Below are positions 48,976-60,952 of a stretch of DNA of 64,000 nt, piece after piece. Positions within the stretch are counted from its first letter, which is position 1; each line of letters opens with the position of its first letter. A model generated the notes under the pieces. That model saw nothing but the letters and a program-made list of their open reading frames with translations. It was not told the origin of the DNA and searched no databases. The stretch covers positions 806,001 through 870,000 of the forward strand of contig AP026151.1 of the NCBI GenBank assembly GCA_030295235.1. Direction: 5' to 3'. The translations under genes and the position numbers were made by a program. The stretch comes from Fistulifera solaris. Its lineage: Eukaryota.

Positions 48976-49544
48976 TATCAGACTCGATACAATCAAAAAT
49001 AGATAGCGAAGCTAGTATATCGCTCAAACCTCGACTGTTATGCTTTCACTGGATATTATTTTTGAATTCGGTTTCATTGCAACAATCGGCACGCACTTTC
49101 ATTTGCGTCTCATATGTTTTTGGGCGGCGGAGGATCTTACGCGTTGAAAGTCGTAACGGTTTTAAACACTTGACTGTGAACGTTTGTGTAGTAACGTCAC
49201 CAAATGCCATCCATGACTGACGCAAGTCTACGTAAGGCAACTATGACGACTCACTAAGGACTCCATTTCTCCAAGACTGCGATCAATGAGACAAATAAAT
49301 AATGCGAGAAATATCATCATCCCGACGATGATCGCATGCGATGCGAGACGAAAGCATCGACAAGATGATTATAAGCTTTAAGTGAAAGGCCTTTGAAATG
49401 AACTCAGAACTTATAAGAAAAAGCAAGCTGAAATACAAAACGTGGATAATGATAAGCGCTTGTGTGCGAGAAAACTATGTAAACGAATAAAAATAAAAAT
49501 GAATGCAACAATTTTTCGGAAGAACGATGCTCCGACTTGTCAGC

Positions 49545-52500
49545 CTAAGCATACTTTGCCAAGAACTTCTGCACAATTTCTTCGCCCTTCTTCTCCCATT
49601 CAGCGCGATTGTTCGTGGCATAATTCAAGTATTCATCGCTTGAAACACCAAACACGCCGCATTCTTTCAACTTCTTCGTCAGGGGAATGATGTAATTATC
49701 AAAGAATCCTAGCTCGCCCTTGTACCAGTTTACGGAAGGATCGTTCTCCAAGAGGCCGGCTTTGTATCCCAGGTACATTTCTTCAAAGAGACGTTCATTC
49801 CATTTCTGGTAGACGTGCCAGTGTTGCATGGTGTGAGAGACGTCACTGGCTTGGATCAAATGCTCAATCACGATGGTGGCCTTGCGGTGGATTTGCGTAT
49901 CGACTTCTTCGTTCGAATCGGGATTGTGAAAGGCGTCGGCCCAGCGCTTCTTGCGCATGGCCCCCAAGTCCTTGTCGAAAATATCGGTCGCCATAACGGA
50001 GTTAACAACGAGCTGGCGTAAGCGACGGAGGTCGCCTTCCGTCTTGAAGAGACACGCCCGTAGATTGCTAAAGGCGGAATCCATGAGAATGTGCCATGCA
50101 AGATCGACCGAGTTCTGCTCCGCAACGCTCTGATTGTTGTACGCTGCCGCCATAGTGGGGTCTTGCTTAATCAACACAAAATTGGGAATACCGCGGTGGT
50201 CGACATCGTGAATGAGTGCGGCAAACACGAGGGCGAATTGCGTCAACGGATCGGACGTGATACCGTACGTCTTGTCAGCGGCTCCGTCGGTCTCTCGGCC
50301 CTTTTCAATGCGTGATAGCAGCTTGGTGACCGACATGGTGACATGCGAAGCGTGCTCGAAGCAGTGGAAGGGATTGGTATGATACATCTTGGAGAGAACA
50401 GTAACGAGACTGCGAACTTCCTCTACTACGATTGGATCGAGCTCGACCGTGTTGGTATCCTGCGACGCTGTGTGAAGATGCTCATCGGCGGGCATAACGA
50501 TGATTTCGGCGATTTCTCCAATGACGTTGGTAGTATCGCGCCCGATTGACTGTTCAGCCGCGCGGACGCGTCGTTCATCGGAGAATGATTTAGGCAACGA
50601 GTTGGCTGCTTGACGCTTGAGAACAAGTTTCTTGAGGAGATTGACGAGGATATCGCAGTTCCAGTCTATGAGGCGATCGATCTTTCTCTGTTCTAGATCA
50701 ATCTCGACCTTGGGGTGCTCACCGTCTTGCTCTACGATAGATGCCGACAATTGTTTATTTTCTTTGTTGGGATTGATCTTGAGCCAGTATGTTTGGATGG
50801 CGCCCTTGCCTTTGGCCACGATGAGATCGTCACGAAGTTCCAACCAGTCTTCTTTGCCGCCCTCCTTGAGCAACTGAGCTGTTTCAGGGGAGACATGGAT
50901 TTTCTTCCCCTTTCCTGAGGTTTCGATGCGCGATGTTGTGTTCATGGTATCACCAAACAGCTGTAATCGCGCTCGTTCGCCGCGAAGCACACCGGCAGTT
51001 ACCGGACCACTGTGTAAACCGCAACGCAACGAAAGCTCACCGGTATCTGGTCCCAGCTTGAGTTCTAGACTCTCAGTGACTTCTTTCATTTTCTTCTGAC
51101 ACTTTTGCGCAAACACGGCCATCAAGATGGCGTGATCATCTCGTGGCTCTGGCATTCCTGCCACGGCGACGTAACAATCTCCTACGGTCTCGACCTTGAA
51201 GACGTCCATCTTGCGCGCCACCTTGTCGAACTCGCTGAATATGGCCTCGAGCAGCTGAAAGACTTGAGTTGGTTCTCGGACACTGCTCCATGCAGTGAAC
51301 CCAACGATGTCCATGAAGGAAACGGTCGTTGCAACGTACAAATCAGCCACGGGCTTGGAGCCGAATGCAGTACTTTGGGTCGGTGCATTGTTTTCTTCCA
51401 TCAGATTGGAGTAGTCGACTTGCTTGGTTGTTTTAGTCTTTTGAGTGCCTCAATGTCCCCGCCGTTTTTCAACAGCTGGGCCTGAATACTCTTGGGGAAC
51501 ATTGCCGAGACGATCTTGTTCGTTTTCTGGACCCGCATTGCGAGCTTTGTCTGTCTCTTTTTTACGTTCATATCCCAACAAACGAAAGCAAACGCCGTCA
51601 TGATGAAGATGGCGATGCATCCCACGCTGAATAACAACGGTGCATTCGTCAAGTACTCATCCTCGAATTCCTGGGTTGGGTAAAGGCGGAGTGTGTAGAC
51701 GCAAAGCTTGCTTTCGTCGAGTTGAAGCCGGCGAGACTCATCCGTGGGTTGCTCGGAAAAGCGCGAATTGACAAAAGGAACGTGCTTGCCGAGATAATCA
51801 AACTTGTGGTCATGACGGTCTCCTTCTCCAATGTAATGAACCTCTTCGCCCGAAATGTCGAAGGTGTACGCATCGCCACAGGAGTTCTCTACAACACACG
51901 TCATAGGATAAGGTGTGTGCAGTATATCACCGAGAAAGAGTTCCCAAGTGAATACCGAGACAAAATATCCAACAACATTGGCTTGCAGTTGCAGGGTATC
52001 GTTGATGGGCTGAACAATGAAGCTGTGCGGATGATCGGCGATCACTCCCGGGAGCGATGTTGTTCCCAAGTCCTTCGCCAGTGTCGTCGTGATCTCGGAA
52101 ACAACAACGTCGATGTACACTTCAGAAACTTCTGCCGCGTGTCGAAATGCGTCTACAGACCGAAGGTCGAAGTTCATGACCGTTTTATCGGTCACAGGTG
52201 GAGATAACTGCCACATCGGATTATAGGGTCCTTCGGATACGCTGGTGATTACGTTTCCCTCGCCGTCGTGCAACTGGTTTGCAATTCCCGACTCGCTTTG
52301 AGAGTATTGCTCCCACGCTTCCACATCGTCGACGTTCGGCGTGAAGATGACGAGTTCCGTGTGACTGAGAGATCGAAATGCCTCGCCCTGTTCTTGGAAG
52401 TACGGAATGGTCACTTGGGGCCACTGGGCTTGAGTAGCAGTTAACACTGATGTTGTCGAAGTGGTCATCTCGTGCATTTCACCAAGAAGCTCATTGAACT

Positions 52501-52856
52501 TTCGTTGCGAGAGACGGACGAGCTCGTCAGATAGAATGTGAAACTTTTTCATGATGTTGTGTTAGAAGCTGAAAGTAAACATACTTCATCTCAGGGCACG
52601 ACGAGATGCTTACCTCTCCCTCGAAGTGTTTCTCTTCTTCATTTCGGAAAGCGAAGTAACAGACAGTGGATAACGTAGCAGCGCTGATCAGCAACGTCAA
52701 AGCGACGCAGTAACGACTGTAACGAACAAGCTTATCTTCCGCCGCAAGCTCTTCCGGTGTCTTGTTGCTTGAATAGGTCACTCCGGAAGTGTTGCTGATG
52801 CTTGCATCCTTCCCACTGCTGTTGTTGGATGACGAATGATTGGAAGAATCTGTCAT
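49545..52856 (-). CDS. Receptor-type class III nucleotide cyclase-class I PDE fusion, copy 1
   Basis: TM-sensor-TM; FMDIVGFTAWSS, KVETVGDCY, QLFGDTMNTTSR; NPFHCFEH, HDVDH, ATD, ASDVSH; intron ~52544-52613; frame break near 51401-51445. Confidence 0.92.
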
Positions 52857-53916
52857 ATCGAAAGAACTGTCGGCAACAAACTGCTGTGTTCGGATTGGTG
52901 CCTTTTTGTGATTGTTTTGAAATCCTTTTCTTGCTTTTTCTTCGAGAGGATGGGTCTTGTCGATGTGTTTTGATGTGCTTTTGACGTCCTTTATTCTTTG
53001 GGCTTGTCGAACTGTACTTTATACTATCAAGGTTGGCTCTTAGAAAACCGTTGGGCGTATTTCAAATGTTCCAATCTTCAAATTCAAAATTCAAGGCTTC
53101 TTCTGTATAACTCTGGCCTTCGTTCTTCGTTTACTAGGTACCATCAGTACTTAGTACAGTAGACGCTATAGTCCACTAGTCATTATTACTTAGGACTTTA
53201 TTGCCCAAGTGCCGGTGCGTCATACCCTGTCGTCGACGCACAAAAATTTGTCGCCAAGATGAAGCTGAATTGCATTCTGAATTCTGACTCTAGAGAGGGA
53301 AATTAGGAATAGATAAGCTTATAATAATTTATAATGGATCATATTATTACGTAAAAAAAGTACCTGATGGGGTGATGGTTGATGGGTGACGCGAATGTAA
53401 TGGGCGATAGAGGTGAGATTGAATTAGGAGATGGGCGAAGAAGCGAAGAAGACTTTCGCTTTTGCCTCATCCTGTCATAGTAGGAGTAGTATGACTTCTC
53501 TACTTGTTGAGCTCTAAGCTCTTCTCTGTCTTGAGGCAACAGGTTTACTTCAAAGTTCAAAGTGATGATGAAATTCAAAAGTTCCAACAGAACATGCTAG
53601 TGGCGCTCTACTCTATGCTTCAATTGTTTGAAGCTAACAAAGAACGCAAACAACCCGACACTCGACGCAAAAGAAGGGGCTAACCATGGCAAGGAAAGGT
53701 ATATCATCAGGACCAGCTCAACGCAAAGACGTTCTAGTAGGCTGGCCCTTTAATTGGCGACAAGGACTAAAAAAGACCAAAAAGAAAGATCCGCTCAAGT
53801 TCACTCCACCTTCGTCTTTAAGAATTGAACAATCAGTGTTCGTTTGAGTAACATCTAACCATTTAATATTTGCCTTAACAACGAAACTGGAAAATACGTA
53901 CGCTAGCTGCAAATGC

Positions 53917-54401
53917 TTTTGATCCTATACTGGTAGTAAATTTGCCGGTAATCGATGCGAAAGCTTTTCGGATCCAAGAAACGGTACATTGCGTTTTGAA
54001 TGATGATGATATTTCGTAGCATCACCGTCAATACCAATACAATTGATCATACACTTAATGCTAGCACTTGTGGACTTCATTGTTGCCGATTCATTTATTT
54101 TCGTATTTCGATCGCGACTCAAGTTCAGTCAAGGATTGCTTGAACCATCACTTTGATCCTATAGTGAATTTGCCGGTGATCGATGCAAAAGCTTTTCGGA
54201 TCCAAGAAACGGTACATTGCGTTTTGAATGATGATGATATTTCGTAGCATCACCGTCAATACCAATACAATTGATCATACACTTAATGCTAGCACTTGTG
54301 GACTTCATTGTTGCCGATTCATTTATTTTCGTATTTTGATCGCGACTCAAGTTCAGTCAAGGATTGCTTGAACCATCACTTTGATCCTATAGTGAATTTG
54401 C
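53917..54401. repeat. Tandem duplication of ~230 bp (2 copies plus a partial third)
   Basis: CTTTGATCCTATA at 53917, 54151 and 54379; near-identical bodies. Confidence 0.95.
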
Positions 54402-56157
54402 AGCTGATCGTCTGGACTTCGTCACTCCGTTGACGATGAACTTCGATCGATCTCATCCTCACGAGACTATGATCAGAGATCGAATGATTGAATAGCAGTT
54501 GAGCGAGTCTATAGTTTTGTTTTCGAACAAGAGAATGCCATTGCATGGGGCATCGGAGTGCGCGCGATTTGCCCTTCTTGCCGGAAGAGCGAATGCTTTC
54601 CGCGGTAGATTGACAAAGTATTTATCACCTTTTTCAGGTTTTGCACGAAATTGAAGATTCTCGTATCTGCATGTGATGATAAAAGGAAAGATTTCAGCAT
54701 GCCTTCTAGACGGAGTTGAACGACTCCTATTTTACTTGTTTCTGCATGCAGATGAAGTGAGGTAGGAACGACTAGCTCTGGCTTGACGACAACGTTTAAA
54801 TCGTTGATGAGGTGCTTGTCATCTTAGAGAGTAAACGGCATCGTGCTTCCTGCCCTCATTGTGGCAATAACCGCGCGTTCCCTTTCCTATTTTGTGCCAT
54901 AGCCCTTGGTGAAATACGAACACATGTAAAACCGGCTAGAGAGCAACAGCCATGGCACAAGAAAGATTTTCGAAATCTACGAGAGATTGCTGTTTTCATG
55001 GAGTAGTGATATTTTCGGTTCAGTGAAGCCAATACGTGACAAAGTCCAATCAGAGCAGTGCGCGCACTGGTGTGCTGTCTTTCTTTTCCCGTTCGGCACG
55101 GTTAACCCTCGAAGAATGCTAATACTCGCCGCTTGAAATCTAGTAAAAGACGCCGCATGCCCTGATCCTCAACAACACGATAACGATGTACTTATCAGAG
55201 AAACTAATTTTGCTTTTCAAAGTTGCAAACGAATATCGGTCTGCAGACGGTCTGTATTGTTACCCTTATACATGTCGTCAAAGGGATGCTAAATCTACAA
55301 ATCAGAGATTCAAGTTCCGGTGCTCGGCTGCCCCAATTCGTCGGTAGTCAGACTTTACACGCTTTGAAGCTGCTCAATGCTTATCTGTTGCGGGCCTGCA
55401 AGCGCTTGAGAAACACCAAATTGGCACCATCGTGAAATTGTCATCGCGCTCCTATTGATAACAACACTCTATCGATGCAGCGCTAAAAAGATATCTACGT
55501 CCCAATCCTATTCTTTTCGGACACTAAATGGGCTTGGATGTCACGCAAGGCGTACACCGTTTATCGTGTAAACACAGTTCAGGGGCGCCTCGACGATTTG
55601 GATTGCGTTTCAATATTTTCGATGTTCTGAGTTCATGGCAGATAACCAGCTGGGAGCGTATGCTTTTAATTACAGAGCACGTTTACAATTATAGCTACGT
55701 TCAATCGGTGAATGCAGGAGGACGATGAGCCATTTGTATGAAGGCCACCGTAACATTTTGAAGAAACGCGATAGGAGTGTCATTACATTAAAAACTTTCG
55801 CCTTGCCTGAATATCAGCGATTACCTCTGAAATTTCTCAAGGGATGCCGTTGTTGGTTTTTCACAAGAATTATTTTAGGCTCGATTCTTTTCGAATCGGG
55901 AGGGCGCGTGTTAGGGAACCGTTGTGTCAATTTATCAGACAATTGTCGTCTGGCTAATACTTTCTAGCGCGGCGCGGTCGCTGCTTTGCGAAGCACGAAC
56001 GCATGCGACGCAATTTCGAGCCAATGCAATCGCACAATGAACTTCAAATGTATCCTACGGAAAAATAATTGCTCAATATTCAAAGTATATGCTTAACGTG
56101 AAAAGCTGGAACGATGTGGTCGGTTGAGTGATACCTGACAAGTGTAATGACGTCCGC

Positions 56158-59100
56158 TTAGCCGTACTTCTCGAGGAACTTCTGCACAATTTCTTCGCCC
56201 TTCTTCTCCCATTCAGCGCGATTGTTCGTGGCATAATTCAAGTATTCATCGCTCGAAACACCAAACACGCCGCATTCCTTCAACTTCTTCGTCAGGGGAA
56301 TGATGTAATTGTCAAAAAAGCCAAGTTCCCCTTTATACCAGTTTACGGAAGGATCATTCTCTAAGAGGCCGGCTTTGTAACCCAGGTACATTTCTTCAAA
56401 GAGCCGTTCATTCCACTTCTGATACACGTGCCAGTGTTGCATGGTATGGGAGACGTCACTGGCTTGAATCAAATGCTCAATGACAATTGTTGCCTTTCGA
56501 TGGATTTGGGTGTCAATTTCTTCCTTTGAGTCCGGATTGTGAAAGGCATCGGCCCAGCGCTTCTTGCGCATGGCCCCCAAGTCCTTGTCGAAAATATCGG
56601 TCGCCATAACGGAGTTAACAACGAGCTGGCGTAAGCGACGGAGGTCGCCTTCCGTCTTGAAGAGACACGCTTTCAGGTTACTAAAGGCAGAGTCCATTAG
56701 AATATGCCACGCCAGATCGACCGAGTTTTGTTCCGCAACGCTCTGATTGTTGTACGCTGCCGCCATGGTCGGGTCTTGCTTAATCAACACAAAATTGGGA
56801 ATACCGCGGTGGTCGACATCGTGAATGAGTGCGGCAAACACGAGGGCGAATTGCGTCAACGGATCGGACGTGATACCGTACGTCTTGTCAGCGGCTCCGT
56901 CGGTTTCTCGGCCCTTTTCAATGCGTGATAGCAGCTTGGTGACCGACATGGTGACATGCGAAGCGTGCTCGAAGCAGTGGAAGGGATTGGTATGATACAT
57001 CTTGGAGAGAACAGTAACGAGACTGCGAACTTCCTCTACTACGATTGGATCGAGCTCGACCGTGTTGGTATCCTGTGACGCTGTGTGAAGATGCTCATCG
57101 GCGGGCATAACGATGATTTCGGCGATTTCTCCAATGACGTTGGTAGTATCGCGCCCGATTGACTGTTCAGCCGCGCGGACGCGTCGTTCATCGGAGAATG
57201 ATTTAGGCAACGAGTTGGCTGCTTGACGCTTGAGAACAAGTTTCTTGAGGAGATTGACGAGGATATCGCAGTTCCAGTCTATGAGGCGATCGATCTTTCT
57301 CTGTTCTAGATCAATCTCGACCTTGGGGTGCTCACCGTCTTGCTCTACGATAGATGCCGACAATTGTTTATTTTCTTTGTTGGGATTGATCTTGAGCCAG
57401 TATGTTTGGATGGCGCCCTTGCCTTTGGCCACGATGAGATCGTCACGAAGTTCCAACCAGTCTTCTTTGCCGCCCTCCTTGAGCAACTGAGCTGTTTCAG
57501 GGGAGACATGGATTTTCTTCCCCTTTCCTGAGGTTTCGATGCGCGATGTTGTGTTCATGGTATCACCAAACAGCTGTAATCGCGCTCGTTCGCCGCGAAG
57601 CACACCGGCAGTTACCGGACCACTGTGTAAACCGCAACGCAACGAAAGCTCACCGGTATCTGGTCCCAGCTTGAGTTCTAGACTCTCAGTGACTTCTTTC
57701 ATTTTCTTCTGACACTTTTGCGCAAACACGGCCATCAAGATGGCGTGATCATCTCGTGGCTCTGGCATTCCTGCCACGGCGACGTAACAATCTCCTACGG
57801 TCTCGACCTTGAAGACGTCCATCTTGCGCGCCACCTTGTCGAACTCGCTGAATATGGCCTCGAGCAGCTGAAAGACTTGAGTTGGTTCTCGGACACTGCT
57901 CCATGCAGTGAACCCAACGATGTCCATGAAGGAAACGGTCGTTGCAACGTACAAATCAGCCACGGGCTTGGAGCCGAATGCAGTACTTTGGGTCGGTGCA
58001 TTGTTTTCTTCCATCAGATTGGAGTAGTCGACTTGCTTGGTTGTTTTAGTCTTTTGAGTGCCTCAATGTCCCCGCCGTTTTTCAACAGCTGGGCCTGAAT
58101 ACTCTTGGGGAACATTGCCGAGACGATCTTGTTCGTTTTCTGGACCCGCATTGCGAGCTTTGTCTGTCTCTTTTTTACGTTCATATCCCAACAAACGAAA
58201 GCAAACGCCGTCATGATGAAGATGGCGATGCATCCCACGCTGAATAACAACGGTGCATTCGTCAAGTACTCATCCTCGAATTCCTGGGTTGGGTAAAGGC
58301 GGAGTGTGTAGACGCAAAGCTTGCTTTCGTCGAGTTGAAGCCGGCGAGACTCATCCGTGGGTTGCTCGGAAAAGCGCGAATTGACAAAAGGAACGTGCTT
58401 GCCGAGATAATCAAACTTGTGGTCATGACGGTCTCCTTCTCCAATGTAATGAACCTCTTCGCCCGAAATGTCGAAGGTGTACGCATCGCCACAGGAGTTC
58501 TCTACAACACACGTCATAGGATAAGGTGTGTGCAGTATATCACCGAGAAAGAGTTCCCAAGTGAATACCGAGACAAAATATCCAACAACATTGGCTTGCA
58601 GTTGCAGGGTATCGTTGATGGGCTGAACAACGAAGCTGTGCGGATGATCGGCGATGACTCCTGGGAGCGATGCTGTCCCTAAGTCGTTCGCTAATGTCGT
58701 CGTGATCTCAGAAACAACAACGTCAGTGAAGACTTCGGAGACTTCTGCCGCGTGACGAAATGCGTCCACGGACCGAAGATCGAGGTTCATGACCGTTTTA
58801 TCGGTCACAGGTGGAGATAACTGCCACATCGGATTATAGGGTCCTTCGGATACGCTGGTGATTACGTTCCCCTCGCCGTCGTGCAACTGGTTTGCAATTC
58901 CCGACTCGCTTTGAGAGTATTGCTCCCACGCGTCAATGTCGTTGACGTTCGGCGTGAAGATGACGAGTTCCGTGTGACTGAGAGATCGAAATGCCTCGCC
59001 CTGTTCTTGGAAGTACGGAATGGTCACTTGGGGCCACTCGACTTGAAGGAAGGCAGTTAGTGATGTCGTAGAAGTAGTGAATTCATGCAACTCATTAACG

Positions 59101-59459
59101 AGATCTTTGAACTTCTGACGAGAGAGACGGTCTACCTCATCGGAGAGAATTTCGAACTGAACACTGAGTTAGAATGGCTCTGATTATGAACTGAGTAAGC
59201 GATTGAAATGGCTTACCTCTCCCTCGAAGTGTTTCTCTTCTTCATTTCGGAAAGCGAAGTAACAGACAGTGGATAACGTAGCAGCGCTGATCAGCAACGT
59301 CAAAGCGACGCAGTAACGACTGTAACGAACAAGCTTATCTTCCGCCGCAAGCTCTTCCGGTGTCTTGTTGCTTGAATAGGTCACTCCGGAAGTGTTGCTG
59401 ATGCTTGCATCCTTCCCACTGCTGTTGTTGGATGTCGAGTGATTGGAAGAGTCCGTCAT
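56158..59459 (-). CDS. Receptor-type cyclase-PDE fusion, copy 2
   Basis: Nearly identical to copy 1 (offset 6613 bp); intron ~59156-59216; same frame break near 58014. Confidence 0.92.
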
Positions 59460-59859
59460 ATTGAAACTTTTACGAATAACAATCACTGGGGAAAACGAAT
59501 GTTTTGATTGTGTTTTTCGATGCTCGTTTGTGTTGTGAGTGTTGCGATGGGGAGAAAGGAGAAGAGGCAAAGGGAGAAAGTCTTTCGTCACCTTGTCCCG
59601 ATCGATCGGCTTCTTGGTCAGCTGGGACATTTGTTACTTGTTTTGTGTAGATTTTGCTGTAAGACGGACATCGTCATGGACCTCTGCTTGGCATCTTCAA
59701 TTTTGCACTGTTTCCTTTCTGAAAATCAGCGAACAGCGAATGCTCTCTTTTGTTTTTCTGATAGAGTGAGTGCCAAATACCTGATGCACTCTGTGAATTC
59801 TTCCAGTCACTTGCACTTGAATACGCCTATTCCCTGACACATTCTTGTAGATTATTCGG

Positions 59860-60216
59860 TAGTGTTCGGTCTCATGCTTTCAACCAGGTCCGAGATGAGA
59901 GTCGAGAATTGCACTTTCCAACTCATGAGACACTCGAGAATCTCGAGAATTGGAGATTTTGTCGGAAACGATCTACTATAGGATATTAAGTACTAAGTTT
60001 CAGTCACGGTTAGTTGTGGAACACGAGACTGACTCCTTCGTAGGAAATACACGTGAGAAATGGTCGATCGACGGCCAGAATCCTTGTATTTTATACGGGT
60101 GACGACCAGACACTCTCATCTCATGAATTTTTTCGAGAATCATGAGAATTGAGAGTGAAAATTCAAAATTCGATTCTCGAGACTCTCGAGAACTGCCCTC
60201 TCGAGACCGACCACTA
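59860..60216. mobile_element. hAT-type MITE (357 bp)
   Basis: TIRs TAGTGTTCGGTCTC / GAGACCGACCACTA (1 mismatch); 8-bp TSD TTATTCGG at 59852-59859 and 60217-60224; CTCGAGA subterminal repeats. Confidence 0.88.
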
Positions 60217-60292
60217 TTATTCGGAGTCATTAACTTTTCGTCAACCTTCTTTTGTATTCCTCGTTCCTTAGCAACTAGGAAATGAACACTTA

Positions 60293-60585
60293 GGCCAATG
60301 CTAACCGGGGCGAATAAATCAATATTTCGGAGAAACTCAAAGTCGTCCGGTACTCATTTCAATAAATTTCGAATAAATTGAATTGCTAACCGGTACAAAA
60401 AATGATAAATCGAGTACTCCAATTTATTGGCCCGAACAAATTCGAGCCCGAACGCACAAATTTTCGCTCAATTTATTCGACAACAAATCGAAATCACAAA
60501 TCGAATGCGGTATTCATTATTTAGAGGTGCCAAGTACCGGATGAACCCCTCGATTTTTACTTTTTCGCCCCGGTTAGCATTGGCC
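60293..60585. mobile_element. PIF/Harbinger (Tourist)-type MITE (293 bp)
   Basis: Perfect 22-bp TIR GGCCAATGCTAACCGGGGCGAA; TTA TSD at 60290-60292 and 60586-60588. Confidence 0.88.
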
Positions 60586-60952
60586 TTAACCACGAACCAC
60601 GTTAAGAGCACAGTGTAGTCCACAGTACCAGGTAAAGGTAATTATTTACTGTAAAATTTTTAACGTTAACCTTACCGTATTCCCCAACCTTTGCTACAAC
60701 CCGGCAGCCACGCCACAAAGATCCGAAAGCGCGAAAAGCATCAAGCATCGACATTGCTATAATCAATCGTCAATAAATAAAAGCGTTGACTTTTGAAAGG
60801 CGATCACTTTTACTTTGACCAATCGTAACATATGAAGAATTCTTCCTTTATTTACAATTGCTGGAAATGCGTAAAGCAACTGGAATGCAATTTACGAGGC
60901 TTTAATATCTTATTGATGCGCAACAGAAGCTGGGCTCGCCATTGCACTAGTT

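Noticed and set aside
54480..56000. Possible decayed transposase or Fanzor remnant (CPHCG at ~54850)
   Set aside because: Only short ORFs; no RuvC, DDE or RT motifs found
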